Shown piece after piece: positions 29,604 through 38,264 of a stretch of 64,000 bases of DNA. The first letter of the stretch is position 1, and each line of letters begins with the position of its first letter. The translations under genes and the position numbers were made by a program. Source of the DNA: Candidatus Gastranaerophilaceae bacterium (lineage in GTDB: Bacteria; Cyanobacteriota; Vampirovibrionia; Gastranaerophilales; Gastranaerophilaceae); NCBI GenBank assembly GCA_035354275.1, contig DAOQAU010000001.1, positions 42,377-106,376 of the forward strand, in the 5' to 3' direction. The notes under the pieces were generated by a model. That model saw only the letters and a program-made list of their open reading frames with translations, had not been told where the DNA came from and searched no databases.

Positions 29604-30597
29604 TTTTTATAATAAGTTCTTTGGCGGTTTTTGAGGCTTGCTCAAAAACCGCTTTATTTGTCCAAAAATCATCGCGTTCAATATATTTTTTTACAATTTT
29701 TCTTGCGTAAGAGCCGACGGAAATTCCGTTGAAATCAATTCCGAAAATTTTTGCAAGCTCTGCGGTCTTAGAATTTGTTCCGCCTGAAATTAAAAGATAA
29801 ACAGGCAGTTTTTCGTTAGCTATAATTTCTGCCATGGCAACTGCAGGAAGTGTTGTTTTAAAATCATCTTCGCCTCCGGACATCGGGTTTCCGTCTGCCT
29901 GAATTATTGTTGTATAAAGTTTTCTGTTTTTTATTAAATTTTTAATCCTGTTTAAAACTGCTTCATTTGATAGTTTTGACCTGTCAATACAAATACTCAG
30001 CATTCCGTCAAAGTTTTTGTTTAAATAATTCCATCTTTCCTGAACATCTTTTTCATCTGTGCCGGAAGCATGCAATTCAATACAGGTGAAGGGTGAAGGG
30101 TGAAGGGTGAAGAGAGGAAAAAATATGTCTTCTATCGGCTTATTTTTTTGATATATTTCAATAGCACTATGTTTACAGGTTTTTAAACATCTTGCACAGC
30201 CGATACATTTTTCTTCGATAACCATAAAATCAGGGTTGATGGCTTTTTGCAGGCAGGAATCAATGCAATTGACACATTTTTTGCAAAATTTTTGATTGAT
30301 TTTTGCTTTATTAAAATGCGGCTCGCCTTTTATTCCGACACTTATGCAAAAATGGTAATCAGATAAGTTTTTTTTGTCCGTAACCCTTAGGATGCCTTTT
30401 TGTGCAGCCTCAATAACTTCTTTATGCGGAGATAGGTCAAAAAATCTGCAGCCGGATGCAGCATAAATTGCAACAAGTTTTTCGACTTCGTCTAAATCCT
30501 CGTTTCCCGCCCCGCAAATTAACTTGAAACATTTTCTGCTTTCTAAAAGTTTTTGCAATCCGCATTGTCGGGATTGCAATCCCGACCTACCTCTCAC
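29593..30597 (-). CDS. 4Fe-4S dicluster domain protein, LdpA/DUF561-like
   Basis: FKLICGAGNED N-terminal block and two ferredoxin-type motifs, CKKCVNCIDSC and CIGCARCLKTC. The start is uncertain: the track ORF begins with GTG inside a repeat tract. Confidence 0.55.
   Translation of the reverse strand: MRGRSGLQSRQCGLQKLLESRKCFKLICGAGNEDLDEVEKLVAIYAASGCRFFDLSPHKEVIEAAQKGILRVTDKKNLSDYHFCISVGIKGEPHFNKAKINQKFCKKCVNCIDSCLQKAINPDFMVIEEKCIGCARCLKTCKHSAIEIYQKNKPIEDIFFPLFTLHPSPFTCIELHASGTDEKDVQERWNYLNKNFDGMLSICIDRSKLSNEAVLNRIKNLIKNRKLYTTIIQADGNPMSGGEDDFKTTLPAVAMAEIIANEKLPVYLLISGGTNSKTAELAKIFGIDFNGISVGSYARKIVKKYIERDDFWTNKAVFEQASKTAKELIIKIIE
30083..30117 (-). repeat. Heptamer tract embedded in-frame in the Fe-S protein gene
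   Basis: The plus strand reads CAGGTGAAGGGTGAAGGGTGAAGGGTGAAGAGAGG. The coding strand encodes PLFTLHPSPFT. Confidence 0.8.
30567..30586. other. Perfect 20-bp palindrome
   Basis: GTCGGGATTGCAATCCCGAC, between the rfbA stop codon and the Fe-S protein gene. Confidence 0.85.
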
Positions 30598-30631
30598 CCA
30601 TTTACCCCCTCACCTCTCACTTCTCCCCAAT
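30586..30631 (-). repeat. Stop-rich heptamer tract abutting the rfbA stop codon
   Basis: The minus strand reads GGGGAGAAGTGAGAGGTGAGGGGGTAAATGGGTGAGAGG immediately after the rfbA TAA. Confidence 0.75.
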
Positions 30632-31513
30632 TTATCCCAATTCTTGTGCTACACGGGCAACATATTCATAATATTCGTTTTTCTTATATTTTGCCGCTTG
30701 TTCAAGGAGGTCTTCTTTTTTCAAAAACTTCATTCTTAGCGCAACTTCTTCAAGACATGCGATTTTGACACCCTGGTTTTCTTCTATTGTCTGAACATAC
30801 TGGCTTGCCTGCAAAAGCGAAGAGTGAGTTCCTGTATCAAGCCATGCAAAGCCTCTGCCTAAAAGTTCAACGCTCAAATTTCCATTTTTAAGATAAACAT
30901 TGTTTAAATCGGTAATTTCTAATTCGCCTCTTGCAGAAGGCTTAAGATTTTTAGCATATTCTACAACTTTGTTGTCATAAAAATAAAGTCCGGTAACCGC
31001 ATAATTTGATTTAGGATTAGCGGGTTTTTCTTCAATGGAAAGTGCTTTGCCGCCTTTATCAAAATCAACCACCCCGAATCTTTGGGGATCTTTTACCTGA
31101 TACCCAAAAACCGTTGCTCCACCTTGAGACTTGATTCTTCTTACCACGCCTTCAAGCATGCTTGAAAACCCCTGCCCGAAGAAGATATTATCCCCTAAAA
31201 CAAGTGCAGCTGTGTCATTTCCTATAAATTCTTCACCCAAAATAAAAGCCTGCGCAAGCCCGTCGGGACTTGGCTGTTCCTTATAAGAAAACTCTACCCC
31301 GAATTGTTTTCCGTCTCCCAAAAGTTTTTTAAAATTGGGCAAATCCTGCGGGGTTGAAATTATCAAAATTTCTTTTATTCCTGCAAGCATTAATACCGAA
31401 ATCGGATGATAAATCATGGGTTTATCATAAATCGGCAACAGCTGTTTTGAAACAACCATTGTTGTAGGAAACAATCTTGTTCCGGCTCCGCCGGCGAGTA
31501 CTATTCCTTTCAT
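30632..31513 (-). CDS. rfbA: Glucose-1-phosphate thymidylyltransferase
   Basis: [17 protein letters not shown]-terminus and full-length RmlA conservation. Confidence 0.94.
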   Translation of the reverse strand: MKGIVLAGGAGTRLFPTTMVVSKQLLPIYDKPMIYHPISVLMLAGIKEILIISTPQDLPNFKKLLGDGKQFGVEFSYKEQPSPDGLAQAFILGEEFIGNDTAALVLGDNIFFGQGFSSMLEGVVRRIKSQGGATVFGYQVKDPQRFGVVDFDKGGKALSIEEKPANPKSNYAVTGLYFYDNKVVEYAKNLKPSARGELEITDLNNVYLKNGNLSVELLGRGFAWLDTGTHSSLLQASQYVQTIEENQGVKIACLEEVALRMKFLKKEDLLEQAAKYKKNEYYEYVARVAQELG

Positions 31514-31514
31514 T

Positions 31515-32504
31515 TTAACTTCCTTTCAAGGCTGCTTTTTTATCTTCTATTGAATGCATCCATGCCTGATTTTTCAAATACCAGTCGATTGTTAATTTAA
31601 TTCCTTCCTCAAAGGTCAAAGAAGGTTCCCAGCCCAGTTCTGTTTGGATTTTTTCATTATCGATAGCATATCTTTTATCGTGTCCCAGCCTGTCTTCGAC
31701 ATATTTAATAGAACTTTCGTCTTTACCCATGGCATCAAGAATGATTTTTGTAATTTCCATATTGGTTTTTTCATTGTGTCCGCCGATATTGTAAACTTCA
31801 CCAAGTCTGCCCTTGTGCAAAACAGTATCGATAGCCGAACAATGGTCATAAACGTAAAGCCAATCGCGGACATTCAAGCCGTCTCCATAGACAGGGACTT
31901 TATCCCCTTTTAAAAGCTGTGAAATAAAGAAAGGAATAAGTTTTTCAGGATACTGGTAAGGTCCATAGTTATTTGAACATCTTGTTGTCAAAACAGGAAG
32001 TTTATAAGTTTCCCAATAAGCCCTCACAAGCATGTCCGCACTTGCTTTTGAAGCCGAATACGGCGAATTTGGTGCAAGCGGCGTTGTTTCATAAAAATAA
32101 CCGGTTTTGCCCAATGTTCCGTAAACTTCGTCTGTTGAAACCTGCAAATATCTTTGAATTCCTAATTCTTTGCATGCCTGAAGCAAATTCAGCGTACCTT
32201 TAACATTGGTTTCTATAAAAATCTCGGGTCCTGTTATACTTCTGTCCACGTGACTTTCTGCTGCAAAATTAACAACGTAATCGACTTTTTCAACCAACTC
32301 GCGAACAAGCGTCCTGTCACAAATGTCACCTTTAACAAAAGTATAATTCAGATTATCTTTAACATCGTCAAGATTTTCTATATTGCCTGCATATGTAAGT
32401 GCATCAAGATTTATTACTTTATAATCGGGATATTTATTTAAAATGTGCCTCACAAAACAGCTTCCGATAAATCCGGCCCCACCCGTTACAAGCAATCTTT
32501 TCAT
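31515..32504 (-). CDS. rfbB: dTDP-glucose 4,6-dehydratase
   Basis: [17 protein letters not shown], and the YSASKA catalytic motif. Confidence 0.94.
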   Translation of the reverse strand: MKRLLVTGGAGFIGSCFVRHILNKYPDYKVINLDALTYAGNIENLDDVKDNLNYTFVKGDICDRTLVRELVEKVDYVVNFAAESHVDRSITGPEIFIETNVKGTLNLLQACKELGIQRYLQVSTDEVYGTLGKTGYFYETTPLAPNSPYSASKASADMLVRAYWETYKLPVLTTRCSNNYGPYQYPEKLIPFFISQLLKGDKVPVYGDGLNVRDWLYVYDHCSAIDTVLHKGRLGEVYNIGGHNEKTNMEITKIILDAMGKDESSIKYVEDRLGHDKRYAIDNEKIQTELGWEPSLTFEEGIKLTIDWYLKNQAWMHSIEDKKAALKGS

Positions 32505-33076
32505 AGCAATTCCTCTTTATTTAATTCTTTTAATTTAGGCTGAATCTTATCTTTTTCGCTCAAAATCGGCTCAAAGTCAATTCCCCAATCAATTCCTATT
32601 TCTTCATCATTCCACAAAAGCCCTCTGTCACATTCTGGACAAAATTCTGCATCCGTTTTGTATAAAAGTTCTGCTTCATCCGATAAGACAACAAATCCGT
32701 GAGCAAAGCCTGCCGGAACAAAAAGCATGTTTTTATTTTCTTCTGAAAGTTCGGCCTTAAACCACTTACCGAATGTTTTTGAATTTTTTCTCAAATCCAC
32801 AATAACATCAAAAACTTTTCCTTTTGAACATCTTATAAGTTTTGCCTGCGGCTTTGGAGTTGCCTGATAATGAAGTCCCCTCAATACACCCTTGGAAGAT
32901 TTTGAATGATTATCCTGAATAAAATCGCAAGTTATGCCATTTTGAAAAAATTCGGATTTTCTGTAAGTTTCCATAAAAAACCCGCGGTTATCACCAAAAA
33001 CCTTTGGTTTAACCAAGATAACGCCTTCTATTTCTTGTTTTTCAAATTCAAACGGCATTAAATCCCCTATCATCAA
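32501..33076 (-). CDS. rfbC: dTDP-4-dehydrorhamnose 3,5-epimerase
   Basis: DNRGFF, LRGLHYQ and HGF motifs. The start may be MPFEFEK at 33058. Confidence 0.92.
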   Translation of the reverse strand: MMIGDLMPFEFEKQEIEGVILVKPKVFGDNRGFFMETYRKSEFFQNGITCDFIQDNHSKSSKGVLRGLHYQATPKPQAKLIRCSKGKVFDVIVDLRKNSKTFGKWFKAELSEENKNMLFVPAGFAHGFVVLSDEAELLYKTDAEFCPECDRGLLWNDEEIGIDWGIDFEPILSEKDKIQPKLKELNKEELL

Positions 33077-33407
33077 TCATTACAAAAGCGATTGCCTTTG
33101 TTTTATCATGCGACAAACTGACTTGTATTGTCAATTTATTATCAAGATTGTTTAACAATCTTATTTTTGGAAAATTATTTTCAATGTGATAAACTTCTAT
33201 CATATTTAAAGGCGGATGAGAAATATTTAATCCTGTAAGTGCTTTTAAAACAGCTTCTTTAGCGCAGAATCTTACGGCAAAATGCTTTGCAGGCAGTTTT
33301 TTGGATAAACAATACTCCTGTTCGGATTTTGTGTAAACCCTGTCCAAAAAATCCTGCGATTTATCCTGAAATCTTCTTATATCTTCAATATCAACGCCAA
33401 TACTCAT
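33048..33407 (-). CDS. acpS: Holo-[acyl-carrier-protein] synthase
   Basis: IGVDIEDIRRF and FCAKEAVLKA motifs. 119 aa. Confidence 0.88.
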   Translation of the reverse strand: MSIGVDIEDIRRFQDKSQDFLDRVYTKSEQEYCLSKKLPAKHFAVRFCAKEAVLKALTGLNISHPPLNMIEVYHIENNFPKIRLLNNLDNKLTIQVSLSHDKTKAIAFVMIDDRGFNAV

Positions 33408-33484
33408 AAATTAATAATAATAAAAACCCTATCGAAAAACAATAGGGCTTTTGCTTTTATTAAATTAGGTTAATGTTTATCCTC

Positions 33485-34312
33485 TCAGCTTTTTTGATTT
33501 ACCAAACTATGTACTATTTTGCTGAATTTTTCTGCATCTAAGCACGCTCCGCCGACAAGACCGCCATCAATGTTGCTTTGAGCAAATAATTTGTCTGCAT
33601 TGCTATCATTTACACTTCCGCCGTATAAAATTGAAACATCTGCCGCGTTTTGTTCGCCATATATTTTTGCAATTTCATTTCGTATCATTCGACACATTCT
33701 GTCAGCTTCATCGGCATCACAGGTTTTTCCTGTATTAATTGCCCAAATAGGTTCGTATGCTATAACAACTTTTGTTATATCTTCTTCTTTAATATTTTTT
33801 AATGCTTTTATAACCTGTGTAGAAACCACATCATCGGCATCGCCTGCTTCTCTTTGTTTTAAAGATTCACCCACGCACACAACAGGCATTAACCCTTTTT
33901 CAAGTGCGGAAAGTGTTTTTGCGTTAACTTGTTTATCGGTTTCTGCAAATTTGCCTCTTCTTTCGGAGTGCCCTATTATGACAAAATCCGCTCCTGCTTC
34001 TTTGTACATATCCTGAGATATAGCCCCTGTAACAGCTCCGCCTTTTTCTATGCCAAGATCGGCTTCCTGCCCGCCCAATTTGATATTTGCCATATCTACA
34101 TAATTTCTACCCTCTTTAACTTTACAAAAAGCCAACGCCGTTGGAGCAAAGCCTACATAAATATCGTTATGAGTAGGCAAATCCAACATTTCAAAAGCAC
34201 TTCTGTTAATAAGTTCTGATGTTTCTTTCGGGCTTTTGTTCATTTTCATATTTCCTATTACCATAGGTTTACCAGTGAAATTCATATTTGTTTGTATTGA
34301 ATTAATTCTCAT
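33485..34312 (-). CDS. tpiA: Triose-phosphate isomerase with a 14-aa N-terminal leader
   Basis: GNMKMN, IGHSERR and AYEPIWAI(N)TG motifs. The ATG at 34312 has an AGGA ribosome-binding site upstream. The leader MRINSIQTNMNFTG precedes the canonical KPxxxGNxKMN start. Confidence 0.92.
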   Translation of the reverse strand: MRINSIQTNMNFTGKPMVIGNMKMNKSPKETSELINRSAFEMLDLPTHNDIYVGFAPTALAFCKVKEGRNYVDMANIKLGGQEADLGIEKGGAVTGAISQDMYKEAGADFVIIGHSERRGKFAETDKQVNAKTLSALEKGLMPVVCVGESLKQREAGDADDVVSTQVIKALKNIKEEDITKVVIAYEPIWAINTGKTCDADEADRMCRMIRNEIAKIYGEQNAADVSILYGGSVNDSNADKLFAQSNIDGGLVGGACLDAEKFSKIVHSLVNQKS

Positions 34313-34376
34313 CTTTTATCCTTTCTTCTGAAATACAAAGCAAAGATATAAAATATCTTTGCTTTGTATAAATAAT

Positions 34377-35657
34377 TTATGCTTTTATATCAAGATTTTT
34401 TGCCAATTCGACAGCTTTGGTTGCTTTATCTGTTGCATCCATTGCCTGACCTGAAGAATTTAACATATCGGTTTTTCTTGCGCCTATTGTTTCAAGAGTT
34501 TTCATAATAGGTTTTCCGTAAGTTCTGGGGTCAATAGATGCTTTATCTGTAACGTCAAGTTCTCCTGCGACATTTTTGAACGTTCCAACATAGCCCAGTC
34601 TAAAATCAGTATCTACGTTAACTTTTGAAATACCTCTAAGCGTTGCTTCTTTATACATTTCTTCGGGAACACCTTTTCCAAAATAATTAGCAGTATTTGA
34701 TTTCATTGCCTCTATTGCGCTTAAAACAGTCAAAGCACCTGCTCTGGAATTAACTAAATCATTAATACTGTTTTCTAAGGTTTCAAATTTTTTACGGGGA
34801 ATAACCACGCTTTGATTAAACATGTCAATCAAATCTTTTGGGGCACTTGACGCACCGTGTAATACAAAAGGATATTGTCTCCATCCTGCATCACCGGGCT
34901 TTTTACCTATGTTTTCGGGCAATATTGCTTCGACCGCTTTTTTAATTTCAGATAACCTTTCGAAATCTAATTGCGGTTTTTCGTCAGGACGGAATTTAAC
35001 CGCACCGTGGGATGTTCCGATTGAAATTGCAAGCGAATCACAACCGGTTTCTTTTACAAACCTTGCCGCCTCTTGAGGGTCTGTAAATTTAGAAGTTTTA
35101 TTTGAAACTTCATCTTCAACACCTGCAAGTTTTCCCAATTCTGCTTCTACAAAAATACCTTTTGAATGTGCATAATCAACAACTTCTTTTGTTAATCTGA
35201 TATTTTCATCCAACGGAAATTTTGAACCGTCAATCATAACAGAATCAAATCCGCCGTCAATACACTCCTTACATACTTGGAATGTGTCGCCATGGTCAAG
35301 GTGAAGCATTACGGGAATACCTTTTGCCTCTTCTTTTGCAACTTTTACCATTTGAACCAAATAAGGAAGCCCCGCATAATCTCTTGCACCTTTAGATGCT
35401 TGAATAATTAAAGGGGATTGTGTTCTTTTTACCGCATTAATTATCCCGTGGACATTTAAAAGATCGTTCACATTAAACGCCGGTATAGCATAACCTTTTT
35501 CTAAAGCATGCTGATAATATGCTCTTGTCTGTGCAAGTTTTTGTGCCGGTGATAACTCTGTATTATTGCCAAAATTTACTTTTTGAACATTTGTTCTTTG
35601 TACCAATGCAATATTTTTGTTTGCATAAAACCCCTGTGTTTGTAAATTAACCCTCAT
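34377..35657 (-). CDS. fba: Class II fructose-bisphosphate aldolase with N-terminal leader and C-terminal extension
   Basis: GYAIPAFNVN, LHLDHG and VLHGASS motifs. The start is set at MRVNLQTQ, with AAGGAG 9 nt upstream. The track ORF extends to 35723. Confidence 0.9.
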   Translation of the reverse strand: MRVNLQTQGFYANKNIALVQRTNVQKVNFGNNTELSPAQKLAQTRAYYQHALEKGYAIPAFNVNDLLNVHGIINAVKRTQSPLIIQASKGARDYAGLPYLVQMVKVAKEEAKGIPVMLHLDHGDTFQVCKECIDGGFDSVMIDGSKFPLDENIRLTKEVVDYAHSKGIFVEAELGKLAGVEDEVSNKTSKFTDPQEAARFVKETGCDSLAISIGTSHGAVKFRPDEKPQLDFERLSEIKKAVEAILPENIGKKPGDAGWRQYPFVLHGASSAPKDLIDMFNQSVVIPRKKFETLENSINDLVNSRAGALTVLSAIEAMKSNTANYFGKGVPEEMYKEATLRGISKVNVDTDFRLGYVGTFKNVAGELDVTDKASIDPRTYGKPIMKTLETIGARKTDMLNSSGQAMDATDKATKAVELAKNLDIKA

Positions 35658-35754
35658 TATTTTTAACTCCTTAAACTGTTTACAACATGCTTTAAAAAGC
35701 GTAAAAATATTTTTTGCTACCAAATTTTAAAAAAATTACATTTCTTAATAACAA

Positions 35755-35790
35755 TAGGGCGGCGGATTTTTTAAAAAATCCGCCGCCCTA
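35755..35790. terminator. Perfect 36-bp palindrome, probable terminator or insulator hairpin
   Basis: TAGGGCGGCGGATTTTTT/AAAAAATCCGCCGCCCTA, between the tail-fibre-like pair and fba. Its stem is related to the hairpin at 22821-22851. Confidence 0.6.
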
Positions 35791-35806
35791 TATTATTTCA
35801 ATAAAA

Positions 35807-36154
35807 TTACAACTCCGCCAACTGTTGTCTTAAATCAATTATTTGCTGTGTGTAATATTCAAGCCAGGTTTGTTCTGTTGTTTCATCTTTAACTTCGGGC
35901 TCTGCGATTGCCCTTATTCTTTTTATATCAAACTCTTCTATTTGAGTTTTCAAATTTTCGATATCGGCTTCTCTTTGTTCTTGAATTCTTGCCTGAGCAT
36001 ATTCTTGAGTGTGAGAAATATCAGTTAATATTCCGTCAATGACTCTATATTTTTCGGGCTCAAAGGTCGCATAGTCAATATCTACATAAACATAATCCAA
36101 ATAAGGATTTTCGCACCAGCTTAATAATTTATTTTCTTCAATTTCTACGTACAT
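35807..36154 (-). CDS. Hypothetical protein, phage tail-fibre accessory/chaperone-like
   Basis: 115 aa acidic protein directly downstream of the tail-fibre-like gene. Its C-terminal helix (IKRIRAIAEP...WLEYYTQQIIDLRQQL) resembles proteins seen next to phage tail fibres. Pattern-level call only. Confidence 0.4.
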   Translation of the reverse strand: MYVEIEENKLLSWCENPYLDYVYVDIDYATFEPEKYRVIDGILTDISHTQEYAQARIQEQREADIENLKTQIEEFDIKRIRAIAEPEVKDETTEQTWLEYYTQQIIDLRQQLAEL

Positions 36155-36209
36155 TTTTATACCTTTCTTTATTATTTTTTGTAAAATTACAAGTTATATC
36201 GCTAAGAGC

Positions 36210-37223
36210 TTATGTTCCCTTCGTTGGGAAAAATTTAAGGTGTTTCCACGAACTTCCGTCATATTCATAATTAAGTTTATAATAGATACCCTTAGGAATA
36301 GGAATAAAACCCCATGCCCCATAACCTTGCCCTGAGTGATTAAACAAAAGATTACTTGTCCAATTTGTTCCGTCAAAGCTGTAGGAAAATGTTAATCCGA
36401 AACCGCAACCTACCATAACAAATCCGTCAGATTCGGCAAGATAAGAAGTGTTCCAACTCTTTGATACCCCGCTTGAATAATTTGGCATCGGCAAATTAGT
36501 TATGGATTTTGCCAAATTTGTAGAAGCCTTTATCGCTGAATTTAAAGTTATATCATAGTCATTCTGATTGTAAGGGAAAGTTTCAACCGCGGTGATGACT
36601 CCGCCTGCAATTGTTACTTTACCCAAAGGAATATCCAAAAATTCCACATCCGTGCCGCTTGTATATTTTATTGCTTTAAGAGGTTCAACACTTGTATTTA
36701 GCCAAATATCCCCTTCAACCAATGTCGGACGGGTTGCCTGCTTGTAAATATTATTAGCAAGCGAATATACGTTTCCGCTCGTTGAAATAAAAACATTATG
36801 CGCCCCGTTAGGCTTTCCGCTCATACTCAATGTCCCTACAGAAGTAAAAGTTGCAAAAGTTCCTCTTGCGTTAGAAATTATTAAGCTCGGATAAGAACCT
36901 CCGACTTTAAAAGACACTGACATACTTGAATAACTCAATAAATCACCGGCTCCGTTTGTAACATTTCCGGATTTTACACAAAATCTTGTTTCGGCTGCGT
37001 TGATTTTAGAATTCAAGTCCGTTGACAAAGAATCCAACTGCGATTTATTGATTGCATTTGTAGATGTTGTAGCAGCAGCTACATTAAAAGCTTGTGTAGA
37101 ATTTCCTGCTTTATCTGCTTTTTCCGAAAGAGCAATGCTCACCGCCTGAAAATTTTCATTGATTTCCTGTGCTTTTGCTTTTGTTCCGGGCACAAATTCT
37201 ATTAACGATAAATATCCCGACAT
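36210..37223 (-). CDS. Phage tail-fibre-like protein
   Basis: The N-terminus SLIEFVPGTKAKAQEINENFQAVSIAL...AINKSQLDSL matches the common tail-fibre N-terminal pattern. The body is Ser/Thr/Gly/Asn-rich and beta-like, and the C-terminal lobe is aromatic-rich. Confidence 0.55.
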   Translation of the reverse strand: MSGYLSLIEFVPGTKAKAQEINENFQAVSIALSEKADKAGNSTQAFNVAAATTSTNAINKSQLDSLSTDLNSKINAAETRFCVKSGNVTNGAGDLLSYSSMSVSFKVGGSYPSLIISNARGTFATFTSVGTLSMSGKPNGAHNVFISTSGNVYSLANNIYKQATRPTLVEGDIWLNTSVEPLKAIKYTSGTDVEFLDIPLGKVTIAGGVITAVETFPYNQNDYDITLNSAIKASTNLAKSITNLPMPNYSSGVSKSWNTSYLAESDGFVMVGCGFGLTFSYSFDGTNWTSNLLFNHSGQGYGAWGFIPIPKGIYYKLNYEYDGSSWKHLKFFPTKGT

Positions 37224-37370
37224 ATTTTCTCCTTTCTTTTTTACCCTAGCATTATGAAAGATTTTTGAAACAAAAAAAAGTCCGCAAAAGTGCTTCCGTA
37301 CAATAACGTAAGTATTTTTACGGACAGCTTTAAATTTGCATTTTTATAAAAAATGAAGTATCATTTTTTT

Positions 37371-38264
37371 ATGAAAATATCTGTTATAGTTCCGGCTTAC
37401 AATACAAGCAGCTACCTTAAACAGTGTCTTGAAAGTTTAATTTCACAAACTTTTAATGACATTGAAATAATTTGCGTAAATGACGGCTCAACCGATAATT
37501 CGCTTGAAATTTTAAACAAGTTTGCCAAAAAAGACAAAAGGATAAAAATTATTTCTCAAAAAAATCAAGGATTGTCTGCCGCAAGAAACACGGGAATAAA
37601 GGCGGCAAAAGGTGAATATATAGGTTTTGTCGATTCAGACGACTGGGCTGATGAGTCGATGTTTGAAAAACTTTATCAAAACGCCAAAAAATTTGATGCC
37701 GATATTTCAATGTGTTCTATAACCACATTCAATGAGGATACGGGCGTTTATAATAATTCCGACCCTTATATGACAATGAATTTATTTCCTGAAAGCTTTG
37801 AAGACAGAGTCTTTAGCCCTAAAGAAACCTATGACTTTATTTTCAGAATCTGTGTAGTTGCGTGGAACAAAATTTATAAGAGAGATTTTCTTGATAAAAT
37901 CGGAGGTTTCTTCAAAGAAGGTTTGGTCTTTGAAGATAATTTATTTTTCTGTCAAACCTTTATGCAAGCAAATAAAATTTGCATAACAAAAGAAAATCTG
38001 ATTTTTTACAGACTAAATTCGCCAAAATCAATAACTTTCGGGGATAAAGATTTTCAAAAATTGGATTTTTTTGAGGTTTTTGAACTTATAGAAAAATTTT
38101 TGAAAGAAAAAAATTACTACGGCCAACTTGAAGATTATTTTCAAAATTACAAAAAAGGCACACTTGTTTACTGGTACAAAAAATTAAAAAATGAAGACAC
38201 AAAACAAAAGTATCTTAAAAAGTTTAAAAAATTATATCCTGAAGAAAGCTTGATACTAAAATGA
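37371..38264 (+). CDS. Family 2 glycosyltransferase
   Basis: ISVIVPAYNTSSYL, NDGSTD and DSDD motifs. The start is set at MKISVIVP. Confidence 0.88.
   Translation: MKISVIVPAYNTSSYLKQCLESLISQTFNDIEIICVNDGSTDNSLEILNKFAKKDKRIKIISQKNQGLSAARNTGIKAAKGEYIGFVDSDDWADESMFEKLYQNAKKFDADISMCSITTFNEDTGVYNNSDPYMTMNLFPESFEDRVFSPKETYDFIFRICVVAWNKIYKRDFLDKIGGFFKEGLVFEDNLFFCQTFMQANKICITKENLIFYRLNSPKSITFGDKDFQKLDFFEVFELIEKFLKEKNYYGQLEDYFQNYKKGTLVYWYKKLKNEDTKQKYLKKFKKLYPEESLILK

Noticed and set aside
30524-30768. Two overlapping 71-aa plus-strand ORFs across the rfbA 3' end
   Set aside because: They translate the heptamer tract into low-complexity P/L/T/S sequence and overlap the well-supported rfbA gene on the other strand. 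They are artefacts of the repeat.
36194-36376. 60-aa ORF overlapping the 3' end of the tail-fibre-like gene
   Set aside because: It is on the same strand as the 337-aa ORF but in a different frame, largely inside it. It has no independent support.
35755-38264. Calling the tail-fibre region a prophage
   Set aside because: Only two phage-like genes are present. There are no structural, replication, lysis or integrase genes adjacent, and the XerC/D-type recombinase is 20 kb away in a housekeeping context.
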